From Eledone cirrhosa (Eukaryota), in assembly GCA_964016885.1 (NCBI GenBank), contig OZ024762.1:3286001-3350000 (forward strand): a stretch of DNA of 64,000 nt. Direction: 5' to 3'. The notes below the pieces were generated by a model that worked only from the letters and a program-made list of their open reading frames with translations, was not told the origin of the DNA and ran no database searches. Shown piece by piece: positions 14,471 to 25,639 of this stretch; within the stretch, counting starts at the first letter, position 1; every line of letters starts with the position of its first letter. Made by a program: the position numbers and the translations under genes.

Positions 14471-15782
14471 CATGTTTGTGTATGACTTCACCTCCAAAAC
14501 ACTCTTTTAAGCCAGTGAATTGCTGACATACTGAAAAGTATGAGCTGGCACCAGGAAAAGCATCTGGTTGTAGAAATTTGCTGTAGATAAAGCAAGCAGG
14601 ACATAACTAGATATAAGCAGGGCTGACCCTCGGATTGTTCAGCATTTCAGACCAGCTTTGCAACATACAGTGCAGAAGAAATCTAATGAGAAACACTTGA
14701 AAAAGAAAAATTTGCTATTTTATATTTGGTGTTAGGAAGGGCATCCAGCCTTATTTACAGTCCTTGCCGGAGCAATTCCTGAAATACAATTCAAAGTAAG
14801 ACTAGGAATGTTCTAAAATGGTATAATTTATGCCACCAGTGTTCAATCTACCTTGATCACACTTTCTCTCTCTGTATATCAGCATCATCCTCATTTAACT
14901 AGGGTTGGACAGGTCATCGTAGACCAAGTCAGTACTGAGTTGCTGTTGAGGGTGGGGAGTGCATCTTGCTTACATATGTTCCTGTTGTCTGCAGTGTACT
15001 GGGTGCAGTTTACCATGACACGAGTACTAGAGGGCGTTGCCATATCTTTGACACAACTGAAGGGTCCTTCTTTTCGACTCTGACAAGCTTTCTATGGGTA
15101 GACACCTTTCCTATCACCAACCACTTTACAGAGTGTACTGGGTGAATTTCACATGGCACCAACACTCTAGAGGTTGTCTTGCTCTTGACACAACTGAAGA
15201 GCACTGAGGTGGGGGGGGGGGCTTTTTTCTTTTCTTCTTCTTCATGTTCTTTAGTTGGATGCCCTGCCTATATCACCATTTTATCATATCAGCAGCACTT
15301 AAGTTGTATTAGTTTTTATTGAGAGAGACCATTCTCCTAGGCAGGTTGCCTTCGTTTAGAAATCACAGGTTTATACAATGGTTTATATGCTGTGCTAACA
15401 TGAATAAAAGCTCCAACATTTGTCATGATGGTGATCTTCACTAATGATTTACCGTGAAGTTATGTAATTTGTTGACGACCGGATAATTTGTTAGTGTCGG
15501 ATAAAATGCTTTGCAGTGTTTAGTTATGGCCTATTATATTCTGAGCTTAAATCTTGCTGTGGTCAACTTTGCCTTTTATCCTTTCTTTAGGAGCTCAATA
15601 TAAAGTATCACATATGTACTGGTAGGGCAGGCCATAATTGATTCTCCACTCCAGATTTTTAACCTTGTGCGCCTAAAATAGAAACCACTAAAAGCTATTA
15701 TACAGTGGTTGGAAACTAAACAAGATAACTCAATACATTAAATGATAATTCTGATGGTTGTCTAGCTCTAGTAGTCTGTGAA

Positions 15783-16080
15783 GGCGCCTGGCTTAGTGGT
15801 TAGAGCGTTGGGCTTACAATCGTGAGGTTATGAGTTTGATTTTCAGACTGGGCTTTGTGTTGTTCTTCAGCTGTAGAAATGAGTTGCAACGTCACTGGTT
15901 CCAAGCTGTATCGGCCTTTGCCTTTCCCTTGGACAATATCAGCGGCGTGGATAGGGGAGACTGGTATGCATGGGTGACTGCTGGTCTTCCACAAACAAAC
16001 TTACCCAGACTTGTGCCTCAGAGAGGAACTTTCTAGATGCAAATCTCATGGTCCTTCGTGACTGAAGGGGCTTTTTACCT
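15783..16080 (+). mobile_element. Second tRNA-derived SINE family
   Basis: A-box TGGCTTAGTGG and degenerate B-box head, with no tRNA acceptor stem. Related heads at ~47290, 57950 and 40680-40775(-). Confidence 0.65.
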
Positions 16081-16289
16081 TTACTGTCTAGTAAATATGT
16101 GATATAGCCAGTCAGTATCTATGTTAGCACTGTTGTACATCTACATATATATTTCAAGACTCTTAATCATCTTCAGAAGATGCTTTCTTGCTTACAGGAT
16201 ACTGAGGTAAAAAAGATATCTTATATTGAGATTTTGTAAAAAAAAAAATATATATATATATTTGTTTATAGCTTTAACACCAACTACTT

Positions 16290-16710
16290 TACGGGAGTAT
16301 TTTATGATGATTTCATCACTGCCACCTTGCAGGTTGGACTGGGTGCTTTTTATTATAGCACCAGTGCTACCATCTTACAGGGTGGACTAGGTACTTTTTA
16401 CTATGGGATTCTCACTACTGCCTAACAGTGGACTAGGTGTTTTTTATTATGGCATCAGTACTACCACCTTACAGGGTGAACTGGGTGCTTTTTATTTTGG
16501 CATCCTCACTACCACTTTACAGGGTGGGTTAGGTGCTTTTAATGTTCCTGTGGCACCAGCTCTATCGCATTCCATGTTGGGCTAGGTGCTTTTTTTTTTT
16601 TTTCTATTGTGACCCCCAGCTCTATCACCATATAGGGTGGGCTAGGTGCTTTTTTATTTTTTTTTTTATTTTTTTTTTATTGTGGCACCAGTACTGCTTC
16701 ATTACAAGAC
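16290..16710 (-). repeat. Degenerate ~48 bp tandem repeat (SINE-derived)
   Basis: Recurring ACCACYTTACAG(G)GTGGACTGGGTGCTTTTT units. Confidence 0.75.
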
Positions 16711-16724
16711 TATATGGTATTTGC

Positions 16725-17190
16725 TGTGGTGAGGGTGGCAGGTATGTGACAGTTATTCAATTACATAGGCAATGCAATGGTAGCTATTCTTACAGGGGAC
16801 ATGATCAAAAGAGCCATTTCTTTAAGGCCGTCTTGCTGACCACCTCGATAACGAAGGGCGGGGGTTTAATTATCTCATCTGTTGATTTTAATGGACATGT
16901 TTGGCTGAATTATATATTTTGAAGTTTGATACAGACCGTATTGGGTCTAAAGAAAATCCTGGGTGGGCTCTCTCTTTTTTAAAAAATTCTAAGGAGCTTC
17001 AGAATAAACATAGCTGTAATTGTTTTTTTTCTAATTCTGATGGTACACCATTAAAAAGTGTGGGTCAGTGTCTTCCCCTCCCCCATGCTCATTTATTGGC
17101 TAGGGGCCTGCTACAGTAACTATGAATGAGGGATCAAGGCTCCTAGAGTTTTCTGATAAAACTGACTTAACTATCTGCAACACTAACTTA
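16725..17190 (+). mobile_element. Degenerate LINE (RTE-type) AP-endonuclease fragment, interrupted
   Basis: LIISSVDFNGHV and EGSRLLEFSDKTDLTICNT motifs. Confidence 0.6.
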
Positions 17191-17252
17191 AAACCTTTTT
17201 GATATCAGCCCTTCACAAAACCAGCCTTGGTACTCTGAAACAAAACCAATCC

Positions 17253-17284
<32 letters not shown>

Positions 17285-17974
17285 TTTAGGGTTCCTACTA
17301 AAATCAATTGAAAATTAACATAAGATCTATGTGATAAATTATGTTACTAATGGCAAGAGACAGGAAAAGATGGAGGGTTCTGGTCCATAAGTCCATGACC
17401 CCCGACCCTCAGATGTGGGGATGGGATGAGTCGGTCATATCATATGTTGACTGGGTGCTTTTCATTATCATGGCACATTAGTGACTGGATTGGTAATGTC
17501 TTGTATAGTTGGTTGATATCTGAACAAAGCTGCTATACTACAAGCAAGCATACTCTTTCCAGTGTTTGGGAATCCTTTTAGAACCATTCGGTTCTGTCTC
17601 CATTTCTTTGCTAAGTATTTTCCAAACCATTATAACGAAGTTGATTTCGTATATGTTTTGTGTTTGAAAATATCATCAATGGAGTTTTTACTATATGATA
17701 ATACAGTTTAGGGTTATCAAAGATTTTCCGATTTATATGTTCAAATTTTGCTTCAAAGCTCATATTGTCTTTTTATACATCCACAGTCTAGGACTTTTTA
17801 TTACAGTGTATACTGGGTGCATTTTATTGTGGTACCAACACTACCACTGTACAGTGTGGGCTGAACATGGTTTATCGTGACACCAGCACTACCATTTTAC
17901 AGAGTGGGCTTGGTGCGTTTTATTATGACACCTGCTCTACCACTACAGAGTGTACTTGGTGCTTCTTTTCTATA

Positions 17975-18277
17975 TATTTCACAGTGGAAGGATCTTTCTC
18001 TAATGTGATGCACAAGATTAAGATATTACGAGAATAATTTCCCACAGATACCACAATGATTGGGGGGGGGGGGTTGTCCAGTGTTTATATTTTCTGTTTT
18101 ATCTTAATTCGCTGTTTTTGACAAAATATTACCCACATGTTTCATGCTAGGAACGTTTTTCTCAAGTGTCACTATTCATTTAAATTGTTATTAATTACTC
18201 ATACTTCTAATGAAATATTTCCCCACATTTCATATTAGAGAGGTTCTAGCATATGTGAAAAATGTTTCATGACTAAA
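17975..18277 (-). pseudogene. Decayed C2H2 zinc-finger array, part left of the EVE
   Basis: Minus-strand HCGICGKLFS and further CGK-like finger remnants running up to the viral junction. Confidence 0.7.
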
Positions 18278-18463
18278 AGCTCGCTTCCAAAGGTGCTGTA
18301 GCGCATCTCAGCAGGTTTCGTGGTTGGTTCTTCTTTACCATTGAACATCACTTGTGTAAATTATATGAGAATAGAATGAATAATTGTGATAATCACTGAT
18401 GCTAGAGGTGCCCTAGTACATTGTTCTAATCACCATCGTTAATTATCACAATATTTATCTGGG

Positions 18464-19456
18464 TCACCTTTGAAAATATTTTCCGTTATTTAATATTGTA
18501 CCGTGTTGAATACAGCTGCCGCCCCATTCGGTATTAGTTAATGGTTTTCTTAGCAGTGAATGATTTGTCCATTCATGTACGAACGTGTCTCCTTGTCTTA
18601 GTTCTTTCACCTCGTGTAGACCCCTCCAGTCGTGTAAGTGTCTCATCTTGATTTCACACTTATTCTCCACGTATGTACCTCTGCAATCTTCAATTAGTTC
18701 TGTCGGTGCCATATAGAAATATTCGTAGTTTGGGAGTAGTAGTTGGTCTATTTTAGTTGGATGTATCATTTGGAACCCGTCGTTTGGTATGTGTGACAGA
18801 CCTCTCAGATTGTTATAACCTATATATTTCCCTCTGTCTACGTATACCTGAAAGTAAGGCAACGGGTTGCTGATAAATTGATCCTCTCCCTTAGCGGCGA
18901 TCCATTCTGAACAGATAATATTCAAAATCTTGAACCCCGCTTTCTGAATCCTATGTTTCAGGTTGGTTTCCCAGTCTATAGGTTTTACCCATGATGTCAG
19001 ATAATACGGGACTAAGTAATCGGCCGAATAGCAGTACCCTCTTGACATTTTATTATCCAGACTTGCTGGTGGATTTTCGTCCCCTGTTTGTCTCAATGAA
19101 AAGAACTTGCCTGTAGCCTCGTTCATGTCTGTACTCTTTACACAGTTTTGGAACTTCCTAGTGAAAACGACAGTTCGTCTAAAGGGTCCTGTAGGCTCGG
19201 GTATGTCTGCCGCTGCGCCTTGGGCCTGACCGGTCCATCCACCTCTTCCATCAGCTCTCGCAGTTTCTTGATCCGTCTCCATCCCAGCCATAATAGCAGG
19301 CCCACCTCCGTCAACAGTATCAGACTGCACAGGTCGAAAGAAGCTATCGAGCCCCAGCGATTGCTGCTGATGCCAATAATCCGACAGGACCACTTTCGAA
19401 CGCTTCTCCGATGAATTGTTTATCTGCGTTCCAAGTTGATATGTTCCTATTTCCAT
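18464..19456 (-). CDS. Parvovirus-like major capsid protein (VP2 region), C-terminally disrupted
   Basis: 330 open codons directly downstream of the PLA2 domain. Gly-rich MAGMETDQETARADGRGGWTGQAQG is followed by the beta-strand-like FRRTVVFTRKF. Probable viral coding continues out of frame to ~18278. Confidence 0.8.
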   Translation of the reverse strand: MEIGTYQLGTQINNSSEKRSKVVLSDYWHQQQSLGLDSFFRPVQSDTVDGGGPAIMAGMETDQETARADGRGGWTGQAQGAAADIPEPTGPFRRTVVFTRKFQNCVKSTDMNEATGKFFSLRQTGDENPPASLDNKMSRGYCYSADYLVPYYLTSWVKPIDWETNLKHRIQKAGFKILNIICSEWIAAKGEDQFISNPLPYFQVYVDRGKYIGYNNLRGLSHIPNDGFQMIHPTKIDQLLLPNYEYFYMAPTELIEDCRGTYVENKCEIKMRHLHDWRGLHEVKELRQGDTFVHEWTNHSLLRKPLTNTEWGGSCIQHGTILNNGKYFQR

Positions 19457-19664
19457 ATGCTAAATCGTATACTTTAGCGGCAGTGTCTAGTTTATTTCTC
19501 GCTACCCAGTATCTCTTTTTCTCTAGATCTGTTCCCAGGCCTAGAAAATCGTGGCCTGGTACGGTATATTCAGCTGAAGTACTTGCCTTGGGTTTCTTTT
19601 TCTCTGGGAAATAATCTTGTATGGTCTCGTCTTTAGAGTTCTTCCTCTTACGCATGGGAGGCAT
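19344..19664 (-). CDS. Parvovirus VP1-unique region with phospholipase A2 domain (mutated), frameshifted relative to VP2
   Basis: MPPMRKRK (NLS-like)...YTVPGHDFLGLGTDL...NKLDTAAKVYDLAY...ADKQF aligns by eye with the consensus PGYxYLGPGNxL...DxAAxxHDxAY...ADxxF. Confidence 0.88.
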   Translation of the reverse strand: MPPMRKRKNSKDETIQDYFPEKKKPKASTSAEYTVPGHDFLGLGTDLEKKRYWVARNKLDTAAKVYDLAYGNRNISTWNADKQFIGEAFESGPVGLLASAAIAGAR

Positions 19665-19800
19665 AATGACGAGTAGTAACACGTTCGGTCTTATATAAAT
19701 TATTCTGAACAACTTCGATGGCATCGGTTGAAATTACTAGTCGGGACACCTCTACCATTATTGAAACCAATGGTCACCATTGATCATCGAGGTAGTCGTA

Positions 19801-20796
19801 CTATCCCAGTTTATTATATTTTATCAATACTATTTGGTCCTGTTCGAATTTGATAGCAACCTCCGTGTCTACTCCTTCAGCTAGTTTCTTAAAGGTTTGA
19901 AGTGTTTCTAGTGTGAAATTAGGTTCTTCGATAAGACCTATCTCCACGTTTATTAAGTTTTGAAATGGGAAGCTGCTTGTTCCTTGTATTGTGGATACGT
20001 GCGTGAACATATCAGCTATACTTTGCGCTACCATTGATTTGCCTCTATTCGGTATTCCTCTTAATACCAAGAGGTTCCTTTTAGGTTTTTTCTGTGTTAG
20101 CAACTCCCATACTGTAGTTACTAAAGTTTCTTCATGTATGTCTTGCGTTAATAGGATAGATTTAAATATTTTCAGTGATACATCCCTGTTCATGTAATTT
20201 TTGTTATTGTCGAAAAAATCCCAATTCATGTTCTCGAACTTTTCTTTGAAGCATTGGTTTAATGTTTTGAGCTTTTCACACTCTAACACCTTCTTCATCA
20301 CCGAGTCATACATAGGGTGTGATATCACCCGCATGAAATTATCATTATTTGCTCTGTGGAGCCAATGCGATTTCATATCCTGTTCGCTTCTGAATTTTTT
20401 AGATGTAAATATGTATGACAAGTAATTGAAGAGCGTTAGAGTGGTCCCTGATTTTGATTTGAATGTTGGTTCTTCTACAGTTTGTTGTTTGCTTGTCGTT
20501 GGTCTTGGTTCTGTTTTTGGTTTTGCTCTGTATTCTTGCATGCACCAATCCGAGAACATTTCGTAGGTGTCATCTACTCCTTTTATAAGCACGTACCTCG
20601 GAGGTTGGCAGAAGTAATTAGCCATACTAGACGGCAATTTTAGCCTTTGGCATTCTGGGATGTATCTCATGAGTTTCGTGGCTTTCTTATACAGACTTCT
20701 TATGTACTTTAATCTTTGGTTTTCTCCTGGTCTTTGCATGCTATGCCAGATGATGTGAAAGTGATTGAATGCATTCCACTCTTTTTTTTTGGCATA
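19801..20796 (-). CDS. Parvovirus NS1/Rep (HUH endonuclease plus SF3 helicase), truncated
   Basis: In frame upstream of the annotated ATG is EWNAFNHFHIIW (HUH), and ANYFCQPPR is motif III-like. Walker A is GIPNRGKS, Walker B is GLIEEP and B' is FKKLAEG..VAIK. Motif C is missing. Confidence 0.92.
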   Translation of the reverse strand, partial: YAKKKEWNAFNHFHIIWHSMQRPGENQRLKYIRSLYKKATKLMRYIPECQRLKLPSSMANYFCQPPRYVLIKGVDDTYEMFSDWCMQEYRAKPKTEPRPTTSKQQTVEEPTFKSKSGTTLTLFNYLSYIFTSKKFRSEQDMKSHWLHRANNDNFMRVISHPMYDSVMKKVLECEKLKTLNQCFKEKFENMNWDFFDNNKNYMNRDVSLKIFKSILLTQDIHEETLVTTVWELLTQKKPKRNLLVLRGIPNRGKSMVAQSIADMFTHVSTIQGTSSFPFQNLINVEIGLIEEPNFTLETLQTFKKLAEGVDTEVAIKFEQDQIVLIKYNKLG

Positions 20797-20799
20797 TTA

Positions 20800-22105
20800 C
20801 GTGAGTAATGTGTGTATTCTTTTGTTATGTTGAGTCATTTTATAGCCAAAAATATCCAGTGTGGATGGCTGTATTTTGTACTGTACTAAGTTACTGTTTC
20901 TGACAAAAGATTTTCTGCATAAATCACAAAAGAATAATTAATGTGTGAACAAAGCATGGATGAACTGAGAGACTGGGTATAGGAGGAATGAGATGTGATA
21001 TGAAATCCCAGTGGAGGGAAGCTGCAGTAGGGTCTCAACTCGCTGGAGCTCACGGAAGAGATGGTGGGAGAATGCTTTGTTGAAAAAAAAAATCATCCAA
21101 CCCATTTAAATGTAGAACTGCGAACATGAAATGGGGTGTACTTTTTTAAATCACTGTTCCTGACAAAATATCTCCCACATGTATCAGAAGAATTTTTCTG
21201 TACTAATTCCAGTGGAAGGAAGCTGCAGTAGAGGGAGACTTGGGATGACAAGAGTTGCTCTCAGGTTGCTGGAGCTCACAGAAGAAATGGTGGGAGAAGA
21301 CACATCCAACTTATCTAAGTGTAGAACTGAGGACGTAAAATGGGGTGTACTTGGTTAAATCATTGTTCCTAACAAAAAATCTCCCGCATATATCACAGAA
21401 TTTTTCTGAACTGTGAGTATGCATGTATTTTGTATGTTAAATAACTGCTTTTTACAACAGATTTCCCATATATATCACAAGAAACATTTGCAGCTAAATG
21501 AGTTTGCATTATATGGCTGTTTCTTACGACAGATTTCCCATATATATCACAGAAACATTTGCAGCTAAATGAGTTTGCATGTTGTTAAATCACTGCTGTA
21601 CAAAAAATTTCCCATGTACTTCATAGAAGAATTTTCCTACAATGTGAGTGTACATAGATTTTGTGCTTTTGACAAAATATTTTCTGCGTACATTACAAGA
21701 GAAGAATTTTTCTGGAGTGTGAGTACATGTATATTTTGTATTAAATCATTGCTTTTCACAAAACATTTTCCACATCAAAGATGTCTATTTTGTGTTTTGT
21801 TAAATTACTGCTTTCCACAAAATAATTTCCATATGAAAGGTGTGTATTTTGTGTTTTAAATTACTGCTTTCCACAGCAGGGGGAACAAGTTTTTTCTGCC
21901 TGTGTATTTTAAGATGCTTATTGACAAAGGTTAACCCATATATTTCACAGGAGAGGGGTTTTTTTTTTTTTTTTTTTTTATTTGTTCCCCACCCCTCACC
22001 AGTGTGGCTACGTTTGTGTCTAACAAGATTAGAATTAGCAAAATAGAATTTTCCACATATTTCTCAGTGGAAATCTTTTTCTCCAGTGAGTATTTCTCTT
22101 TATGT
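20800..22105 (-). pseudogene. Decayed C2H2 zinc-finger array, part right of the EVE
   Basis: Minus-strand CDLCRKSFVRNSNLV (~20885-20930), CDICGRFFVRNNDLT (~21352-21397) and TGEKDFH*EICGK (~22050-22090), with many stops and indels. A ~200 bp internal duplication lies at 21005-21400. Confidence 0.8.
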
Positions 22106-22395
22106 GGCCATCAGGGAGAATTTTCTGCATTCTGTATGACCATATAACTATCTATGCACATGTTTATGTATACAATAGATCTCTACAATATAAAATGCAC
22201 CTAGTGGACTCTGTAAAGTGGTTGGTAATAGGAGGGATATCCATACGTAAAAACTGGAACGTATGTGAATGGGACGTGATCCCTCAGTCTGTTGGTGAGA
22301 GGACAATAACCCCATTTAACACCCATCCAACCCATGCCAGAATGGAAAAACTGAAGTTAAATTATGATATATAACTATCCATGTGTCTATATACA

Positions 22396-23156
22396 TGAGA
22401 TGGTATCAAAAAGTTCTTGGACTACTTATGTTTAAAAAAAAACTAATATATTTACCTAAGTTTTAACATCATCTCCTTCGAGATAGTCACCTTGCGCAGC
22501 AATACACTAGTTCCAGCGTTTCTGCAACTTTTGAAATCTGACCTGGAAGTCATTTTCTATACGCAAGTTGAGGACCTTCTGCGATTCACTCTGGATCTTG
22601 GCAACTGTTAAAATGGTGACCTTGGAGAAGAGATGGAAGTCTGCAGGTCAGGTGTGGAAGTGATACAATGTTTCTTTTGGCAAGAAACTCATGAGTGAGG
22701 AGAGCTTGGTGATAGGGTGCATTGCGTGAAGAATGCAATTCTTCATGCTCAACCGGTCTGGCTGCTTTCGCCGAACATCCCTCAAACGTTTCAGTAGAAC
22801 TCTTTATTGACGGTCTGGCCCTGGGGTAAAAATTCTCTTGGCACAATACCGCGGATGTCAAAAAAATAACGATGAACTATGGCTTGGTTGTGGAGATGAA
22901 GGGCTTTTCCACTGTAGACTACTGCTTCATCTCAGGGTCGTACCCGTAGACCTAACTCTTCCAAGATCAACGCAAAATTTCACTCTGGCTTTTTGTTCCA
23001 ACTTCCTGTTCATGACAAAATTGCAGGCTAGAACATACAATTGAATACACATTACTCGGCACACTGGCGCATGAAGGTCACTGCTAGCTTTCACTGCGTG
23101 AGCAAGCACGTGTTGGCACGGTACAGGACTAGTCCGAAAACTTTGATACCATCTCG
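22396..23156 (-). mobile_element. Degenerate mariner transposon
   Basis: TIRs GAGATGGTATCAAAAAGT / ACTTTGATACCATCTCG. Transposase remnants MNRKLEQKARVKFCVDLG and NAPYHQALLTHEFLAKRNIVSLPH. Confidence 0.85.
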
Positions 23157-23185
23157 TGTGTGTGTGTATATATATATATATACAC

Positions 23186-24891
23186 AGGATAATTTGGAGG
23201 GCCTCGAGATAGTTTCGAGTCTGGGTCTGGATAAGTATACCCAACCATATTACCCTAGTGAACCAAGATTCACACTTAAGGATCATAAAGTAGACTTCTT
23301 AAGTAATCCTACTGTTAGACTTATCAGTCCTTCTAAGTCTGATATAGCTATAATTAGTAAAAAAAATTCTTGACCAGATTATTCCTACCGTTAGGGACAA
23401 GGTTCATTTTAATCTATGGGGGAATACTATGGATGTTATTAATTGGTTCTCTAATATTAATAAGCTTAAGTCTAGTAGGTTTATCCAGTTTGATATCGAC
23501 GCCTATTACACGTTGATTTCACCTATCCTCCTCATTAAAGCCTTAATGATGGCCTTGCGAATGTCTAGTCTTACGCGACCCCAGATTGATGTTATACTAG
23601 CGGCCCGTAGGACTATCATCAAATTCGAGGATACACTTTGGACGCGTAAGAACACATCCAATAACTTTGACGTTACCATGGGTTCGAGTGATTCGGCGCA
23701 GGTGACTGATCTTGTTGGGCTGTACCTCTTAAACGAGCTTTATGTTAACTTTCCGCACCTTAAAGGTGGACTTTATCGTGATAATGCATTATTCGTCAAC
23801 TACTGTCGAGATGATGGATCTCACTCTCATGCCCCAGAATTCCCTGTCCCCCAGCGCCGCCCCCAGGTCCTGTCTACTGATTCCCGTATCCCTAGAGATA
23901 ACGTCAGGGTTCCAGAGCAAGAGAGCGGATATGATTTCATTGCTGGCACGGTGACAGTGGCCAGCAAATTGAGCTCTCCGGGATTTTAGAAGGGCAGAGG
24001 CTAGTACTAATAGCATTGAACATAATTGGAAGAAGTTATATGAATTTTTTTTAAATTTTAACCTTTCGATCACGATTGATAAGAACGATAGAGCAGTTAA
24101 TTTTTTAGATGTGACTTTAGACTTGGTCACTAATAATTATAAACCCTTCCACAAGCCAAATGAGACACTCTCTTGCGTTAATCCTAATTCCAACCACCCT
24201 AAATCTATGATTAGTTCTATTATTAACGGTGTATCTAATAGAATCTCCACACTCTCTAAAGATATAGGAATTTTTAATTCACATGCTGAGTACTATAATA
24301 ATGCCCTAGCTAACTCTGGTTACTCTGGTAGACTACATTATAAAGATAACAACCTAGAAACGACTCCGATTACCCATAGTAACGTGATATCCCACAATAT
24401 GGCCTTTAATGGGGGTAGAAAACAGGAATCATAGAAATCTTATAGATATATCCAAACCAAACCCTATGTATAGCAACCGCAATAGTAATTATAATAGTGT
24501 GTCTAATGGTACACATTTTGAGCTTAGTTTTAATGAACAGGATAGACGCTCTGAACGTACACCCAGTGGTAATGTTATAGCGGTTTCTACTAGTGTTAAT
24601 TCAATTGGTCCTCACATAAACCCTGATCCTATAAATAAGATACGTGATAGAAATAGTAAAGGTAAGAATAGGAGAAGGCTTAATACCTACTTTAACCCAC
24701 CCTATAACTATGATGTACTAACTAGTATCCCTAGGTCTTTCTTTTCTATTTTAGAGAAAAATTTCCCTCCTGCTAATAAATATCATAGTATCTTTAATAA
24801 GAATGTAATTAAACTCTCATTTTCTACTACCCCTAACATTAGTTCACATCTAGCTAGCACTAATAATAAGAACATTTTTGCGCCTACGTGA
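23186..24891 (+). mobile_element. Penelope-like element reverse transcriptase, truncated and frameshifted
   Basis: TLKDHK..PTVRLISPSKS, VINWF..FIQFDIDAYY, DVTMGS.D.AQVTDLVGLYLL, GLYRDNAL, VNFLDVTLDL, SNHP and YFNPPYN motifs. No GIY-YIG domain seen. Confidence 0.88.
23805..23975 (-). mobile_element. LINE 3' fragment inserted antisense into the Penelope RT
   Basis: AQFAGHCHRASNEIISALLLWNP...RDTGISRQDLGAALGDREFW, a GC-richer block. Related 3' ends lie at 29790-30120 and 30500-30780. Confidence 0.7.
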
Positions 24892-25639
24892 TTTTGTGTT
24901 TGTGTTTGTTTTTGTTTTTGGTTTCTTGTTTTCGTTTTGTTTTGCTACCACTTGCTGTCTGTCTTCCCTATCATCTGCCACTTGTGTCCTTGAATTTATC
25001 CTGTAAATATGTCTTAAGCTTTTTCCCTTACTATTGTGGGTCTGCTATTGTAATATTAATGTTAATATATAATAATTCAAATACATATAATATAATATAA
25101 GTATGTGTCCGGTATTGAAATATTAATATGTAATATTATATGGATTTGAACTGCCTATATCTCCGTATATTTATTGTCTATTATATATATTTATATATAT
25201 TTTATCACCAGACTTTATATTATTATATGGTATTATTATTATTATTATTAATAGATACTTGAATTTGTTTATTTTATACAATATATATATATATATATAT
25301 ACAGATATATATATATATCGTATTTGTTATACAACTGTATGTCCATGATTTGGCATAGTTCTATTTCAGGGTTCTTTTAAAGTTTATCATGATAATGTTT
25401 TGGGTTGTCTCAAACAATTTTACATTGCAACTCTAGTATTCCCTGATGCAGGATATGTGCATAACTTCTATTTTTCTTTTTCTTTTTTTTTTATTTTGTA
25501 TTAACTTGTTCCTTTCGTAAATTATATTCAATATATAAATTGTATTTATGAATAAAAATATTTATTAAAGATAAATACTTGTTCTACTTCACTCCCTTAT
25601 TCCTGAGATGGTCATGGCAGGAGAGTCCTATGACATCTT

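Larger units (their letters stand above)
18278..20790 (-). mobile_element. Endogenous parvoviral element (NS1 plus VP1/VP2, monosense)
   Basis: HUH motif, SF3 Walker A/B, parvoviral PLA2 and a Gly-rich capsid N-terminus lie in genome order on one strand. The region has no introns or microsatellites, unlike the flanks, and no terminal hairpins were seen. Confidence 0.93.

Noticed and set aside
15783-15860. tRNA gene
   Set aside because: Has A/B-box-like motifs but no acceptor stem or cloverleaf, and continues into a repeated body; it is a SINE head (likewise at 33641).
19148-20425. Plus-strand ORFs in the EVE as ambisense viral genes
   Set aside because: Short antisense shadows with no motifs; NS and VP are both on the minus strand.
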